Shown: positions 30,292 through 40,311 of the stretch, piece by piece
Layout of the letters: each line of letters begins with the position of its first letter
Numbering within the stretch: position 1 is the first letter of the stretch
Source: Halieaceae bacterium
GTDB lineage: Bacteria > Pseudomonadota > Gammaproteobacteria > Pseudomonadales > Halieaceae
Length of the DNA stretch: 64,000 nucleotides
NCBI GenBank assembly: GCA_038102985.1
Contig: JAYNYK010000004.1
Coordinates: 420 to 64,419, forward strand
Direction: 5' to 3'
The notes under the pieces: model-generated
Told to the model about the DNA's origin: nothing
Databases searched by the model: none
The model's input: only the letters and a program-made list of their open reading frames with translations
Made by a program: the position numbers and the translations under genes

Positions 30292-33041
30292 TGGCGGATC
30301 TTTTTTCGATAGGCCAGCGCTGGGTCAGTCACGCCGATAGCTCTCTCGGGCTTGGCATCGTTACCCAGGTCGACGAAAGGCGCGTGACGCTGCACTTTCC
30401 AGCGGTGGAGGAGGAACGCGTTTATGCTACCCACCGCGCACCCCTGACACGACTCTTACTCAAAAACGGCGATCGACTGGTCCGAATTGATGGTCTCATC
30501 TTTAATGTCGTCTCGGTCGCGCATCGGCAAGGCGTTGCGATCTATGCAACCGAAGATGACCAGGGGCGGGAACACACGATTAACGAGACCGAGCTGGATG
30601 CTCACATCGAGTTGAATACGCCGGCCGAACGTCTGCTGAACAACCAGTTGAGCAAGACCAGCGATTTTGATCTGCGTAGAACGACTCTCGAACACAGCGC
30701 CACCGGCGAGGGATTCGGCCTGCAAGGATTGCTGGGGCCTAGAACGTCTCTCCTTTCTCATCAGCTATACGTCGCCGCCAGCATTGGAAAACGGTCTGCT
30801 CCCAGAGTGCTTCTCGCGGACGAAGTAGGGCTTGGCAAAACGATAGAAGCGGGGCTCATCCTCAGCCAACAACTGCTGCGGCAACGAGTCTCTCGCGTTT
30901 TAGTGCTCACCCCTGAATCACTAACGCACCAGTGGCTGGTGGAAATGCAGCGGCGCTTCCACCTGTCGTTCTCGCTGCTGAACGAGAGTAGGCTGGAAGA
31001 TACCGATGCCGAGGAAGAGTTTGCAGACAGTCCTTTGGTTATCTCCCCCACCTCTCTTTTTGCCGGAAAACACGAACTTCAGCGACTCGTGTCCGAGTTG
31101 CAATGGGATATGGTGATTATTGATGAAGCGCACCACATTACGGGCCTCCGCGATCCGCAAACCGACATGGGAGCGTTCATCGCTCGATTAGCGCATGCAG
31201 CAAGTGGCTTGTTGCTCCTCACCGCCACCCCTGAGCAAGCGGGCCTTGAAAGTCATTTTGAAAGGCTGCAGCTCATCGACCCTTCTCGTTTTCCCAGCTT
31301 CGATCAATTCGTGCAAGAGCAGGAGCAATTCGCTCGCTGGAATAAAGTCATCGAGCAGATCGAACAAGGCCTGCACCCTGAGCTGCCAGAGGGCGTCGAC
31401 GCCAGCAGTGATCCCGAGGCGCAAATTCAGCAGATGTTGGATCGATACGGGCCGGGCAGAGTGCTCTATCGAAACTCTCGCCGAGGCGTAGCGGGGTTCC
31501 CTCGGCGACACCTTCACGCTTACCCGCTGACCGCCCCAAGCCTCTATGCGGATGTCCCACATACCCTTCAACCCGAACTCACCACCAACGAAGCAGACTG
31601 GATCGCACAAGATCCTAGGGTGCCATGGCTGCAGGAAACCTTAAGAGCACTGCGACCTGAGAAAGTGCTCATTATTTGTGCCAACAAGGCGACGGCATTG
31701 GCATTAGAGCATCACCTCCACTTGAGGGCAGGTGTTCGCTGTGCCGCATTCCACGAAGCGCTAAGCCTGATTGAGCGTGACCGAGCCGCTGCCTATTTCG
31801 CCGACGAATTAGGCGGCGCTCAGGCACTTATTTGCTCCGAAATTGGTAGCGAGGGCCGCAACTTTCAATTCGCTCGCCACCTTATCTGCTTTGATCTGCC
31901 CGCGCACCCTGATCTTTTGGAGCAACGGATCGGGCGCCTAGACAGAATCGGTCAGGGTACCGAGATACACATTCATGTGCCCTATCTCATCAGCACCGCG
32001 CACGAATTTTTCTTCCTGTGGCTGCATGATGGCCTCAACGCATTTTGCGCGACCTGTTCATTTGGACACCAAATCTTCAGCGAGTTCGAATCGACGCTCA
32101 AGTCGGTCATGCAAGGCGAGACAGATCTGCAACCGCTGATCGACCAAACGCGCGAACGCCGTCAACAACTTGCATCTGAGACTGAGCGGGGCAGAGACCG
32201 ATTGTTGGAGCGGCACTCCCATAACCCGGAAATCGGTAGCCAGATTATCCGTAGCCTCGAAGAGCGCGAATCAACCGTCGCGCTCTATGACTTCACCGAG
32301 CAACTGTTTGATCGGATCGGCATAGATCAGGAATACCTTGAGGAGACGCTGTCAGTCATCAGGCCCACCGAAAACCTGGTCACGGGCCAGCTCCCCGGCC
32401 TCAGTGATGACGGTGCAATGGCGACTTATGATCGCGCCACGGCGCTGTCTCGCGAAGATGTACTGTTTCTTACTTGGGAGCATCCAATTATTACTGAGTC
32501 GATGTCCGTGCTTTTGAGCAGCGACATTGGCAAGGCCAGCCTTGGCACTTTCTCGCACAGAGGCGTGCCCGCTGGCACCGTGCTCCTTGAGGCGATCTTC
32601 CGCATTGAGTGCCTGGCGCCCCGCTATCTCCAAGCGGGACAATTTCTTGATTACACGCCGCTCCGGATGTTGGTGACAAAAGACGGCAAAGAAGTGGGTG
32701 AAAAATTATCCTCCGCGTATTTGGCCGAGGCGCTGGAATCGATTCCAAACACGACGAGCGCTGCGGTACTGAGCAAGTTACGGAATATTCTTGAGTCTTT
32801 ATTCGACGTTTTGGAGCAGCGCGCGACCGACTCCATCAACCAGCGGCTGGAAGCTTCACTGAAGCGGGCCAATTCATTTTATGACTGCGAAACCAGTCGT
32901 TTAACGTACTTGCAGACGATCAACCCCGGTATTACCGAGCAAGACCTTAACGCCCTTTCAGCCGAGCAGCAGGCATGCCTCACCGCGCTTCAGCAGACCA
33001 AGCCGACCCTCGAGGGATTGCGGGTATGCGTTGCTGTCTGA
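30291..33041 (+). CDS. rapA: RNA polymerase-associated SWI2/SNF2 ATPase RapA
   Basis: GQRWVS, LADEVGLGKTIEAG, DEAHH, LLTATPEQ, SEIGSEGRNFQFA, EQRIGRLDRIGQ. Confidence 0.95.
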   Translation: MADLFSIGQRWVSHADSSLGLGIVTQVDERRVTLHFPAVEEERVYATHRAPLTRLLLKNGDRLVRIDGLIFNVVSVAHRQGVAIYATEDDQGREHTINETELDAHIELNTPAERLLNNQLSKTSDFDLRRTTLEHSATGEGFGLQGLLGPRTSLLSHQLYVAASIGKRSAPRVLLADEVGLGKTIEAGLILSQQLLRQRVSRVLVLTPESLTHQWLVEMQRRFHLSFSLLNESRLEDTDAEEEFADSPLVISPTSLFAGKHELQRLVSELQWDMVIIDEAHHITGLRDPQTDMGAFIARLAHAASGLLLLTATPEQAGLESHFERLQLIDPSRFPSFDQFVQEQEQFARWNKVIEQIEQGLHPELPEGVDASSDPEAQIQQMLDRYGPGRVLYRNSRRGVAGFPRRHLHAYPLTAPSLYADVPHTLQPELTTNEADWIAQDPRVPWLQETLRALRPEKVLIICANKATALALEHHLHLRAGVRCAAFHEALSLIERDRAAAYFADELGGAQALICSEIGSEGRNFQFARHLICFDLPAHPDLLEQRIGRLDRIGQGTEIHIHVPYLISTAHEFFFLWLHDGLNAFCATCSFGHQIFSEFESTLKSVMQGETDLQPLIDQTRERRQQLASETERGRDRLLERHSHNPEIGSQIIRSLEERESTVALYDFTEQLFDRIGIDQEYLEETLSVIRPTENLVTGQLPGLSDDGAMATYDRATALSREDVLFLTWEHPIITESMSVLLSSDIGKASLGTFSHRGVPAGTVLLEAIFRIECLAPRYLQAGQFLDYTPLRMLVTKDGKEVGEKLSSAYLAEALESIPNTTSAAVLSKLRNILESLFDVLEQRATDSINQRLEASLKRANSFYDCETSRLTYLQTINPGITEQDLNALSAEQQACLTALQQTKPTLEGLRVCVAV

Positions 33042-33050
33042 CCCCTGGTC

Positions 33051-34931
33051 TTAGGGGCGATACCAGATAGCAGAGGTATAGGCCCGCTCCTGAATGGTGT
33101 CAGGGCGCCGTGTATCGATTTCTGGGCCCGCCAGCGCAAGCTTGTCCAACAATGAATGGCGCGCCGTCGGTATTTGCAGCACGCGCACGTAGTAAAACGC
33201 TGCCTGCTCGGGATCAAACTGTGGATCCACCCACAGGGCGCTTAATTGCGGCGCGCCAATCGAATTGGCCGTTAAACCAGTCGCCATGTCGACACTGGAA
33301 CCCACCGGCATCAAGGAACCATCTTCAGCCACTCTATTTTGGCCTGCCCACGCCACGTTATATATCTCCTCGTGGGTCATACCCGCCATATCGACCCAAC
33401 CTTTGATCACCTGCACCCGGTCCAAATTTGCCCCGTGGGGATCAGCTTGAGCTTCAATCAACAGGCTGAATTGGCCGCCCTCATTCGCGCCCACGATCTC
33501 GCCACCCATCGGCACGGCAAGCGTGGCCAGATTTTCCGGAAAAGCGGGCTCGCTCATCATCCCTGCTGACAGATTCCAACCGCCATGTACGCGCACCGCG
33601 ATTCTGGGGCCTGAGGTGGCATACACCTCGCGTCGACGCATCGCAGCAACAATCGCTTCCCGGGTATTTTCAGTCGCCCATACCGCCGCCAGCCCTGAGG
33701 CACTCATACCCCACCCAAATGTACCCCGCGCATCATCCGACCAGCCACCGCTCTTTCGCGACGGTACTGAATCCGTGGCCATCTTTCCGTGGAAATTATC
33801 CTCCTCGGCCGAGGGCAGCGAAGTGTGTGCGTCTGTAGAGCCAATAACCCCGAACTGATAGGGATTGACCCCAATAGCCGATTTGAGCGCCAAACCGGTT
33901 TTCAATGCGCTCCGAATGTAATCCGCCGGTTGCGGCACATAATCTGTCCATTCCCGCTGGATGTAATAGGGGTAGGTCTCGAAATCGGCAAATTCGTCCT
34001 CGGGAGACAATGCGGGGTGCGTTTCCGAATCCCCCTTTATTTGCGTGATTTCAACGACGGGCTCCCAGTAACGCCGGATTTCCGCATAGTCAGCATCGAT
34101 ATCGGCACCGCGAATATCCCTCACGTCGAACATTGAGCCTTTTGAAATATTGGAGTTGTGGGGGATAGCGATAAAATTACCCCCGGTCGCGGCGCTCGTT
34201 TTGTCCAGCCAAGCCCACAAATCGCTGGGAAACGAGCTGTCATCAAAACCAAATGGCGCAAACGTCTGAGCCTGTGCCGCGTTGATATCGCCCATCACAA
34301 TGCGATGCAGATTTGCGCCTCCCGGTATGAGCGAGTACTCCCAGCCAATCAACGCGGTGAAATGACCTGGCTCGTTGTGTGCGTCTGCCGTATCGGTAAT
34401 GAGCTTCCACGTATCTATCTCCACTGTCGGCTGCCTCGGAATCAGACCACTCACGCGATCCTCTTCCCAACCCTCCATCGCCGTCACAGCATTGTCAGAG
34501 GGCTTGGGTAAAATCGAAGTAAACAGCTCGCGCCCAGACTGTCCGTCAATCGCATCTCGCAATAAATACTGCACGAAGCGAGTCCAAAGACGCTCACGCC
34601 AAGACAACCCCTCGGTCACCATAGGATTGAGATAAAGGCTTCTGATAACGCCCAAATATTCGGCGTGATCTGACACCACCAGAAAATCCAATGGCGTGCC
34701 TATTTGCACCCGCGCCTTGTGCCCGGGATGGACCACAGGCATCCCTTTGGCATAGCGATAGGCCGTGTCTGGTGTTGCCGTCAGATTGCCATTGGTGAAG
34801 GCATCCGAGGAATAAGTCGAGTGAAGGTGCGTGTCACCCCACAGCAGCTGTCTCTCGGCCATGGATGCCGCAGAGACCAGCCCCAAAAGAATCGCCGCGA
34901 CCCAGCTGACTGGTGCTTTCCAACTCATCAA
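33051..34931 (-). CDS. Exported DUF3604 (PHP-like metallo-hydrolase) protein
   Basis: Signal peptide; WGDTHLHS, SDHAE, GWEY, PHNSN, GSTDAH, YATSGPR, IQERAYTSAIWY. Confidence 0.82.
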   Translation of the reverse strand: MMSWKAPVSWVAAILLGLVSAASMAERQLLWGDTHLHSTYSSDAFTNGNLTATPDTAYRYAKGMPVVHPGHKARVQIGTPLDFLVVSDHAEYLGVIRSLYLNPMVTEGLSWRERLWTRFVQYLLRDAIDGQSGRELFTSILPKPSDNAVTAMEGWEEDRVSGLIPRQPTVEIDTWKLITDTADAHNEPGHFTALIGWEYSLIPGGANLHRIVMGDINAAQAQTFAPFGFDDSSFPSDLWAWLDKTSAATGGNFIAIPHNSNISKGSMFDVRDIRGADIDADYAEIRRYWEPVVEITQIKGDSETHPALSPEDEFADFETYPYYIQREWTDYVPQPADYIRSALKTGLALKSAIGVNPYQFGVIGSTDAHTSLPSAEEDNFHGKMATDSVPSRKSGGWSDDARGTFGWGMSASGLAAVWATENTREAIVAAMRRREVYATSGPRIAVRVHGGWNLSAGMMSEPAFPENLATLAVPMGGEIVGANEGGQFSLLIEAQADPHGANLDRVQVIKGWVDMAGMTHEEIYNVAWAGQNRVAEDGSLMPVGSSVDMATGLTANSIGAPQLSALWVDPQFDPEQAAFYYVRVLQIPTARHSLLDKLALAGPEIDTRRPDTIQERAYTSAIWYRP

Positions 34932-35075
34932 TCAATCCTTTTTCGTTTTATTTTGTCAGTATCTCATTGCGGCGATGCGCCTTTACCGCCCATCCATTAT
35001 CGGCTGACCTTGTCCTCCTGTGAGTACCCGCCCTGCGGCCTGAACCTTCCCGTTTACCCTGATCTACCGAGCGGT

Positions 35076-35870
35076 TCACTTCCCTTGCCATTGGGGCGTT
35101 CGTTTCTGAAAGAACGCCTTAATCGCCTCGGAGGAATCCTCACTTTCAATACAAAATGCCTGCAGCGCCGCTTCCTTGGAGATCGTATCCGCGAGATTAT
35201 GAGAGGCACTAAAAGCGATGGATTCCTTCGCGTACCGCAGTGCCAACGGCGAGCGGCCGGCGAGTTCCTGAGCAAATTCCATGGCACCCTCGGCAAATCC
35301 TTCGTCAGGCAAAACGCGGTTTGCCAGCCCCCAGTCCACCGCCTTGTCGGCTGACAGCTTCTCGCCAAAGGCCATGAGCTCATAAGCACGCTTGGACCCA
35401 ACAAAATTGGGAAGCAACCAGGTCGCCCCGCCATCCGGGACCAGCCCGATACCCACGAATGGCTGGTAGAGATAGCTACTTTGCGCCATCACCATCAAGT
35501 CACAGGCCATCGCATAAGAGTAAGAGATACCCGCACAGGGGCCGTTGACCGCCGCGATCCACGGCTTTCGTGCATGGTGTATCGCAAGAACACCCGGTTT
35601 ATATTCGGCGTTGAGCTGATCCTCTACGCCCTCACCGCCATTGGGCAAGGGCTCCGATGTGTCCGTCAGGTCTGCACCCGCACCGAATGCCCTCCCTGCA
35701 CCGGTTAGCACCACCACCCAGATGTCATTATCAGCGTTAACCTCGTGTGCGGCGCGGAGGAATTCTCGTCGTAAAGCGCCATTGAAACTATTCAGCTTGT
35801 CGGGTCGATTAAAAGAGACGCGCGCTACGCGTCCGTCTCGCTCTATCAAAATCGTTTCGTAATCACTCAT
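35076..35870 (-). CDS. Enoyl-CoA hydratase/isomerase (crotonase family, PaaG-like)
   Basis: NRPDKLNS, TGAGRAFGAGADL, AVNGPCAG, IGLVPDGG. Confidence 0.9.
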   Translation of the reverse strand: MSDYETILIERDGRVARVSFNRPDKLNSFNGALRREFLRAAHEVNADNDIWVVVLTGAGRAFGAGADLTDTSEPLPNGGEGVEDQLNAEYKPGVLAIHHARKPWIAAVNGPCAGISYSYAMACDLMVMAQSSYLYQPFVGIGLVPDGGATWLLPNFVGSKRAYELMAFGEKLSADKAVDWGLANRVLPDEGFAEGAMEFAQELAGRSPLALRYAKESIAFSASHNLADTISKEAALQAFCIESEDSSEAIKAFFQKRTPQWQGK

Positions 35871-37024
35871 GTTTGATCCTTTTCCTCAGTTGCTTGCGCA
35901 GCGCCTGTGGCCAATAGCGCTTCAACAGATGTCTCGTCCAATCCACCAGCAAGAAGTACCGCCACCGTATCAGCCCCGAGGGCGTGCGTGCCATGCGTGA
36001 TTTCAGACGGCGTCCGCATAAAACGGGGCGCTGGCGACGGATGCGTCAACCCCTCTACCTCCGTGTAGACGGACCGCTCTGCATTGGCGGCATATTGAGG
36101 CGCTTCGACCATCGTCAGAACGGGGGCGAAACAGGCGTCACTGCCCGCCATCAGCGCGTCCCACTCATCTCGTGTTTTGGTTTTGAGGATCGCCGCCAAC
36201 TTCTCCTTCAATTCCGGCCATTGGGCAGTGTCATGCTGGTGTTGAAACTGCGGGTCAGATACATCTGCTCGCGAGAGTAATTCCGCATAAAACTGGGGTT
36301 CGATGGCGCCCAGGGCAACATACTTGCCATCTGCGCATTCGTAGGTGTCGTAGAAATGCGCAGCGCCATCGAGCAAATTGCTCTCGCGCTCCTCGGCATT
36401 CCAGGCTCCGATCTGCTGAAAGCCCTGCATCATCCACATCAACTGCGCGGTGCCATCCACCATGGCAACGTCCACGACCTGCCCCTGCCCAGATTTACCC
36501 GCCTCCAAAAGCGCGGCCAGAATACCCGTGACCAAGAGCATGCCGCCGCCACCAAAATCACCGACGAGGTTCAAAGGTACCGCCGGACGCTCACCGCGGC
36601 GTCCAATCGCATGTAATGCGCCCGTGATCGCAATGTAGTTGAGGTCGTGCCCGGCAGCTTGCGCCAGAGGCCCGGTCTGCCCCCAGCCGGTCATGCGCGC
36701 GAATACCAGTCGTGGATTTCGACGGAGGCACTCGTCGGGACCAAACCCGAGTTTTTCGCAAACACCGGGCCGATAAGGGTCAATCAGCGCATCTGCTTGC
36801 TCGACCAGCCTCATCAGCGCGGCATGGCCCGACGGCTGCTTGAGATCGAGCACCACCGATTTTTTATTTCTACCGCTGACAGGTTCCGCTACTTTCGGAT
36901 CGGCTGCTCCGGGGCGCTCAATGCGAATCACTTCCGCGCCCATGTCAGCAAGAATCATCCCGCCCATGGGCGCCGGACCGATACCGGCAAGCTCTATTAC
37001 GGTATAACCATTCAAAGGCCCCAT
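35867..37024 (-). CDS. CaiB/BaiF family CoA-transferase, alpha-methylacyl-CoA racemase-like
   Basis: ELAGIGPAP, AGHDLNY (His-Asp-x-x-Tyr of AMACR/MCR), GDFGGGG, NLLDG.AHFYDTYECADG, PAPRF. Confidence 0.85.
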   Translation of the reverse strand: MGPLNGYTVIELAGIGPAPMGGMILADMGAEVIRIERPGAADPKVAEPVSGRNKKSVVLDLKQPSGHAALMRLVEQADALIDPYRPGVCEKLGFGPDECLRRNPRLVFARMTGWGQTGPLAQAAGHDLNYIAITGALHAIGRRGERPAVPLNLVGDFGGGGMLLVTGILAALLEAGKSGQGQVVDVAMVDGTAQLMWMMQGFQQIGAWNAEERESNLLDGAAHFYDTYECADGKYVALGAIEPQFYAELLSRADVSDPQFQHQHDTAQWPELKEKLAAILKTKTRDEWDALMAGSDACFAPVLTMVEAPQYAANAERSVYTEVEGLTHPSPAPRFMRTPSEITHGTHALGADTVAVLLAGGLDETSVEALLATGAAQATEEKDQT

Positions 37025-37034
37025 ATTACTAACC

Positions 37035-38210
37035 TCAAAAATTGCGCTGATTGAACGCGTCGTAATGGTCGCTCAGGCAATGACGCCCGATGATCAATTT
37101 CATGATCTCCGAGCTACCCGCATAAACCGTCGCAATCTTGGCATCCGCCGACTGTCGGCTGATGGGATACTCGTCCATAAAACCGGCTCCACCGTGGAGC
37201 TGTAATCCCTCATCAGCGACACGCTGCTGTAACTCTGAGGTTTTTAATTTAGCGATTGCGGCATCTTCAGCCGATAGCGTGCCGGCGTTGAATGCCAGCG
37301 CGGCTTGGTCAACAAAGCACTGGGCAATATCCAGCTCAGCTCGCAGGTCAGCCATCTTGAATTGGGAGTTCTGCATGGTCGAAAGCGGCTTGCCAAACAC
37401 TTCTCGCTCACGGATAAAATCTGCGGTGAGATCCCATGAAAGCTGTGCCGCAGCAAGATAACCCATGGCGCCTAGCAGGCGCTCCTCAGCAAGGCCTTCC
37501 ATCAAATAATAAAACCCCTTGTGGGCCTCTCCCAGCACGTTGGCTTTGGGCACTTTAATGTCATTGAAGAACAGCTCGGCGGTGTCCTGAGCCTTCAATC
37601 CCAGCTTTTTCAGGTTGCGCCCACGCTCAAACCCCTCCCATGCGGATTCCACAAGAAACAGGGTCATGGCGTGCGGATTGTTTTGCGGGTCGGTCTTCGC
37701 GGCTACAACGACCAAATCACAATTAATGCCGTTTGAAATGTAGGTTTTTTGGCCTGTTAGCCGCCAGTGGTCCTCGTTCTCGACAGCCTGGGTGCGCATG
37801 CCCGCTAGATTGCTTCCGGCATCTGGCTCAGTCATGGCGACCGCGAGAATAATATCTCCCGAAACGACACCTGGCATGTAGCGCTCAATTTGCTCCTCGG
37901 TGCCAAAGCGGGTGATATAAGGCGCCACAATGCGGCTGTGTAATGAACCAAACCAGTCACTGCAGCGAGCATAGGCAAGCTCCTCGATGATGACCTGCTC
38001 CCAGCGAATATCGTAGTCGTCCATGCCACCAAAACGCTCTTCCGGCCACACGACAAGAAAACCTTTCTCGCCCGCTTTTTTAAAAATTTCCCGGTCGACA
38101 ATCCCCTGCTCCCGGAACCTCTCCATGTGCGGCACAATCTCTTCCGCCAAAAATCGCCGATAGGCCTCGCGGAACATCGTCTGCTCATCAGTAAATTGCC
38201 GGGTGAGCAT
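37035..38210 (-). CDS. Acyl-CoA dehydrogenase (LCAD-like)
   Basis: AMTEPDAGS, GQKTYISNG, DTAELFF, EERL, QLHGGAGFMDEYPI, YAGSSEIMK. Confidence 0.92.
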   Translation of the reverse strand: MLTRQFTDEQTMFREAYRRFLAEEIVPHMERFREQGIVDREIFKKAGEKGFLVVWPEERFGGMDDYDIRWEQVIIEELAYARCSDWFGSLHSRIVAPYITRFGTEEQIERYMPGVVSGDIILAVAMTEPDAGSNLAGMRTQAVENEDHWRLTGQKTYISNGINCDLVVVAAKTDPQNNPHAMTLFLVESAWEGFERGRNLKKLGLKAQDTAELFFNDIKVPKANVLGEAHKGFYYLMEGLAEERLLGAMGYLAAAQLSWDLTADFIREREVFGKPLSTMQNSQFKMADLRAELDIAQCFVDQAALAFNAGTLSAEDAAIAKLKTSELQQRVADEGLQLHGGAGFMDEYPISRQSADAKIATVYAGSSEIMKLIIGRHCLSDHYDAFNQRNF

Positions 38211-38414
38211 AGTGCCCTCCTCCTTTCATCACTCCGTGGGGCCAAAACCCCTCTCGGCGCTTGCTAATTCAACCTGCGTCACCAATTGGGGTGACGCCAT
38301 AAAAGTCAGCACAGATCCATACTCGCCGACGGCCTGCGCAGGACTGCATGCGTAACAACCATCGCGCCACAAACCCCCAGATCTGTCTCGACAGCGCGCG
38401 GCCAAGGTAAGAGG

Positions 38415-40124
38415 CTAGTCGGCCGACGCCGGATCCAACACCTCTTTCAACTCTCGTTTGAGGAACTTGCCATTGGCGTTCCGCGGCAGCGGCTCAGCCA
38501 AAAACCAGACATATTTGGGCACCTTGAAGGCGGCCAATCGGGTGCCCATATGCTCTCGCAGCCCAGCCGCATCCAGCATGGCATCAGGCTTTAAATGAAC
38601 AGCAACGCCTACCTCCTCACCCAGACGATCATCCGGTACCGCAAACGCGACGGTCTCTAGGACTGCCGGATGCGTATAGAGCGCCCCTTCCACCTCTGCG
38701 CAGTAAATATTCTCCCCGCCGCGCAAGATCATGTCCTTCGCGCGGTCCACCAGATACAGGAAACCGTCCTCATCGAAATACCCGATATCACCCGTGTGTA
38801 ACCAACCATCGACAATGGTTTCTGCTGTCGCTTCCGGTCGGTTCAAATAGCCCTTGATTACCGGCGCCCCCCTCACCAGCAGTTCGCCCGCCTCTCCCAC
38901 CGGAAGGGGCTCCCCCGCCTCGTTAACGATCTTGCCCTCCAATGTAGGAACGAGCGGACCGCAACTCTCGGGTCGCGCCAGAAAAAGATCGCCCGTGGTG
39001 TAGGTTGTGATACCGCAAACCTCAGTCATACCGTACCCTTGCGCTGGCTTGGCACGCTGTGTTGTCGCAACGACCTTACCGGGCAAATCAGGGTGCATCG
39101 CGGCGCCACCGCCGCCCAAAGAATTCAAACTGGAGGTGTCGTAATCCGCAAAATCAGGATGCGCGAGTAGTTCACGCGTCATCATTGGGACGGCACTTAG
39201 GGTATTGACCTTCTCGCGCTCGATCAGCTTCAGTGCCTCGCTGGTGTCCCATTTATACATTAATACCAGCTTGCCGCCGCTGAGGGTTGCTCCGTGCATT
39301 ACGCAGTTATTGGCAGTCACGTGGAAAAGCGGCGTCGCCACTAGCGACGTTGCGGCAGGGGCAGATATCGGGGCATCGACGGTCTCACCTCGGTTCATGG
39401 CTTGAGTCGTCGCGAATATTTGCCCCATCGCAGCCACATTCATAATATTGTGCACACATCCCCTGTGGGTCAGCTGCGCGCCTTTCGGGCGTCCGGTCGT
39501 GCCCGAGGTATAGAAAATGCAGGCGTCGTCATTGGGTTGAATATCTGGCATGGGTAACTCACCGGGTTCCCGCACCGCGTCGTCCCACATCGTGGCCGGT
39601 AACGGCGGATCGGGCTCTCGCACCGCGACGATCTGAAGCCCCTCGAAATCACTTGCGATATCGGCATAAACAGCGAGCCTTTGGTCATCCGCCACCAACA
39701 TTTTTGGTTCGGAATCTTTGAGCGCGTAGGCCATCTCGTCGGCGACCCACCAGGCGTTCATCCCAACGACAACACCCCCAACCGCGATCACGCCCCAATA
39801 CGCAAATATCCACTCCGGATAATTTCTTAGAGCAATCGCTACACGATCGCCCGGGCCGATGCCTTGGGCCCGTAGCCAGTTGGCAAAACTGGCGACAATC
39901 TGCCCCGCCTCGCTGAAGGTCCAGCGCTCATCGCCGTAAACAATATATTCCTGATCAGCAAACCCCTGACCCAACAACCAGAGATCTCGCATTGAACCCG
40001 GGGCGTGTTGATAGGCTTTTAACGCGTGGCCGCCCACTTCGATGGTGGTCAGCTCGAGAAACGCACCCGGCGCAGTGACCATCTCAACCGCCTTGCGATA
40101 GTAGTCCATGACCTCATGACTCAT
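38415..40124 (-). CDS. Long-chain acyl-CoA ligase (adenylate-forming)
   Basis: YTSGTTGRPKG, GYGMTE, TGDIG, RGGENI, PRNANGK. Confidence 0.9.
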   Translation of the reverse strand: MSHEVMDYYRKAVEMVTAPGAFLELTTIEVGGHALKAYQHAPGSMRDLWLLGQGFADQEYIVYGDERWTFSEAGQIVASFANWLRAQGIGPGDRVAIALRNYPEWIFAYWGVIAVGGVVVGMNAWWVADEMAYALKDSEPKMLVADDQRLAVYADIASDFEGLQIVAVREPDPPLPATMWDDAVREPGELPMPDIQPNDDACIFYTSGTTGRPKGAQLTHRGCVHNIMNVAAMGQIFATTQAMNRGETVDAPISAPAATSLVATPLFHVTANNCVMHGATLSGGKLVLMYKWDTSEALKLIEREKVNTLSAVPMMTRELLAHPDFADYDTSSLNSLGGGGAAMHPDLPGKVVATTQRAKPAQGYGMTEVCGITTYTTGDLFLARPESCGPLVPTLEGKIVNEAGEPLPVGEAGELLVRGAPVIKGYLNRPEATAETIVDGWLHTGDIGYFDEDGFLYLVDRAKDMILRGGENIYCAEVEGALYTHPAVLETVAFAVPDDRLGEEVGVAVHLKPDAMLDAAGLREHMGTRLAAFKVPKYVWFLAEPLPRNANGKFLKRELKEVLDPASAD

Positions 40125-40311
40125 TTAGCGTTGCCCCCTGGTTTGTTTTTGGCTGTAACGGTTGGCGTTGTCCTGCTGAGCGTCCGCACGATACCCTAGA
40201 CACTGGCATCAGCCAATTGCCGCGGCAGCTAAATTGGCATGTATGATGCCGATAGTTTCAGACGGATACCACCCCGTAACTACGCTGCCACGCCGTTTTA
40301 TCGAGGACGCC

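Noticed and set aside
29485-33041. TatD nuclease + SNF2 ATPase as an anti-phage system
   Set aside because: The ATPase is a full-length canonical RapA and TatD is housekeeping-type; no defence-island context
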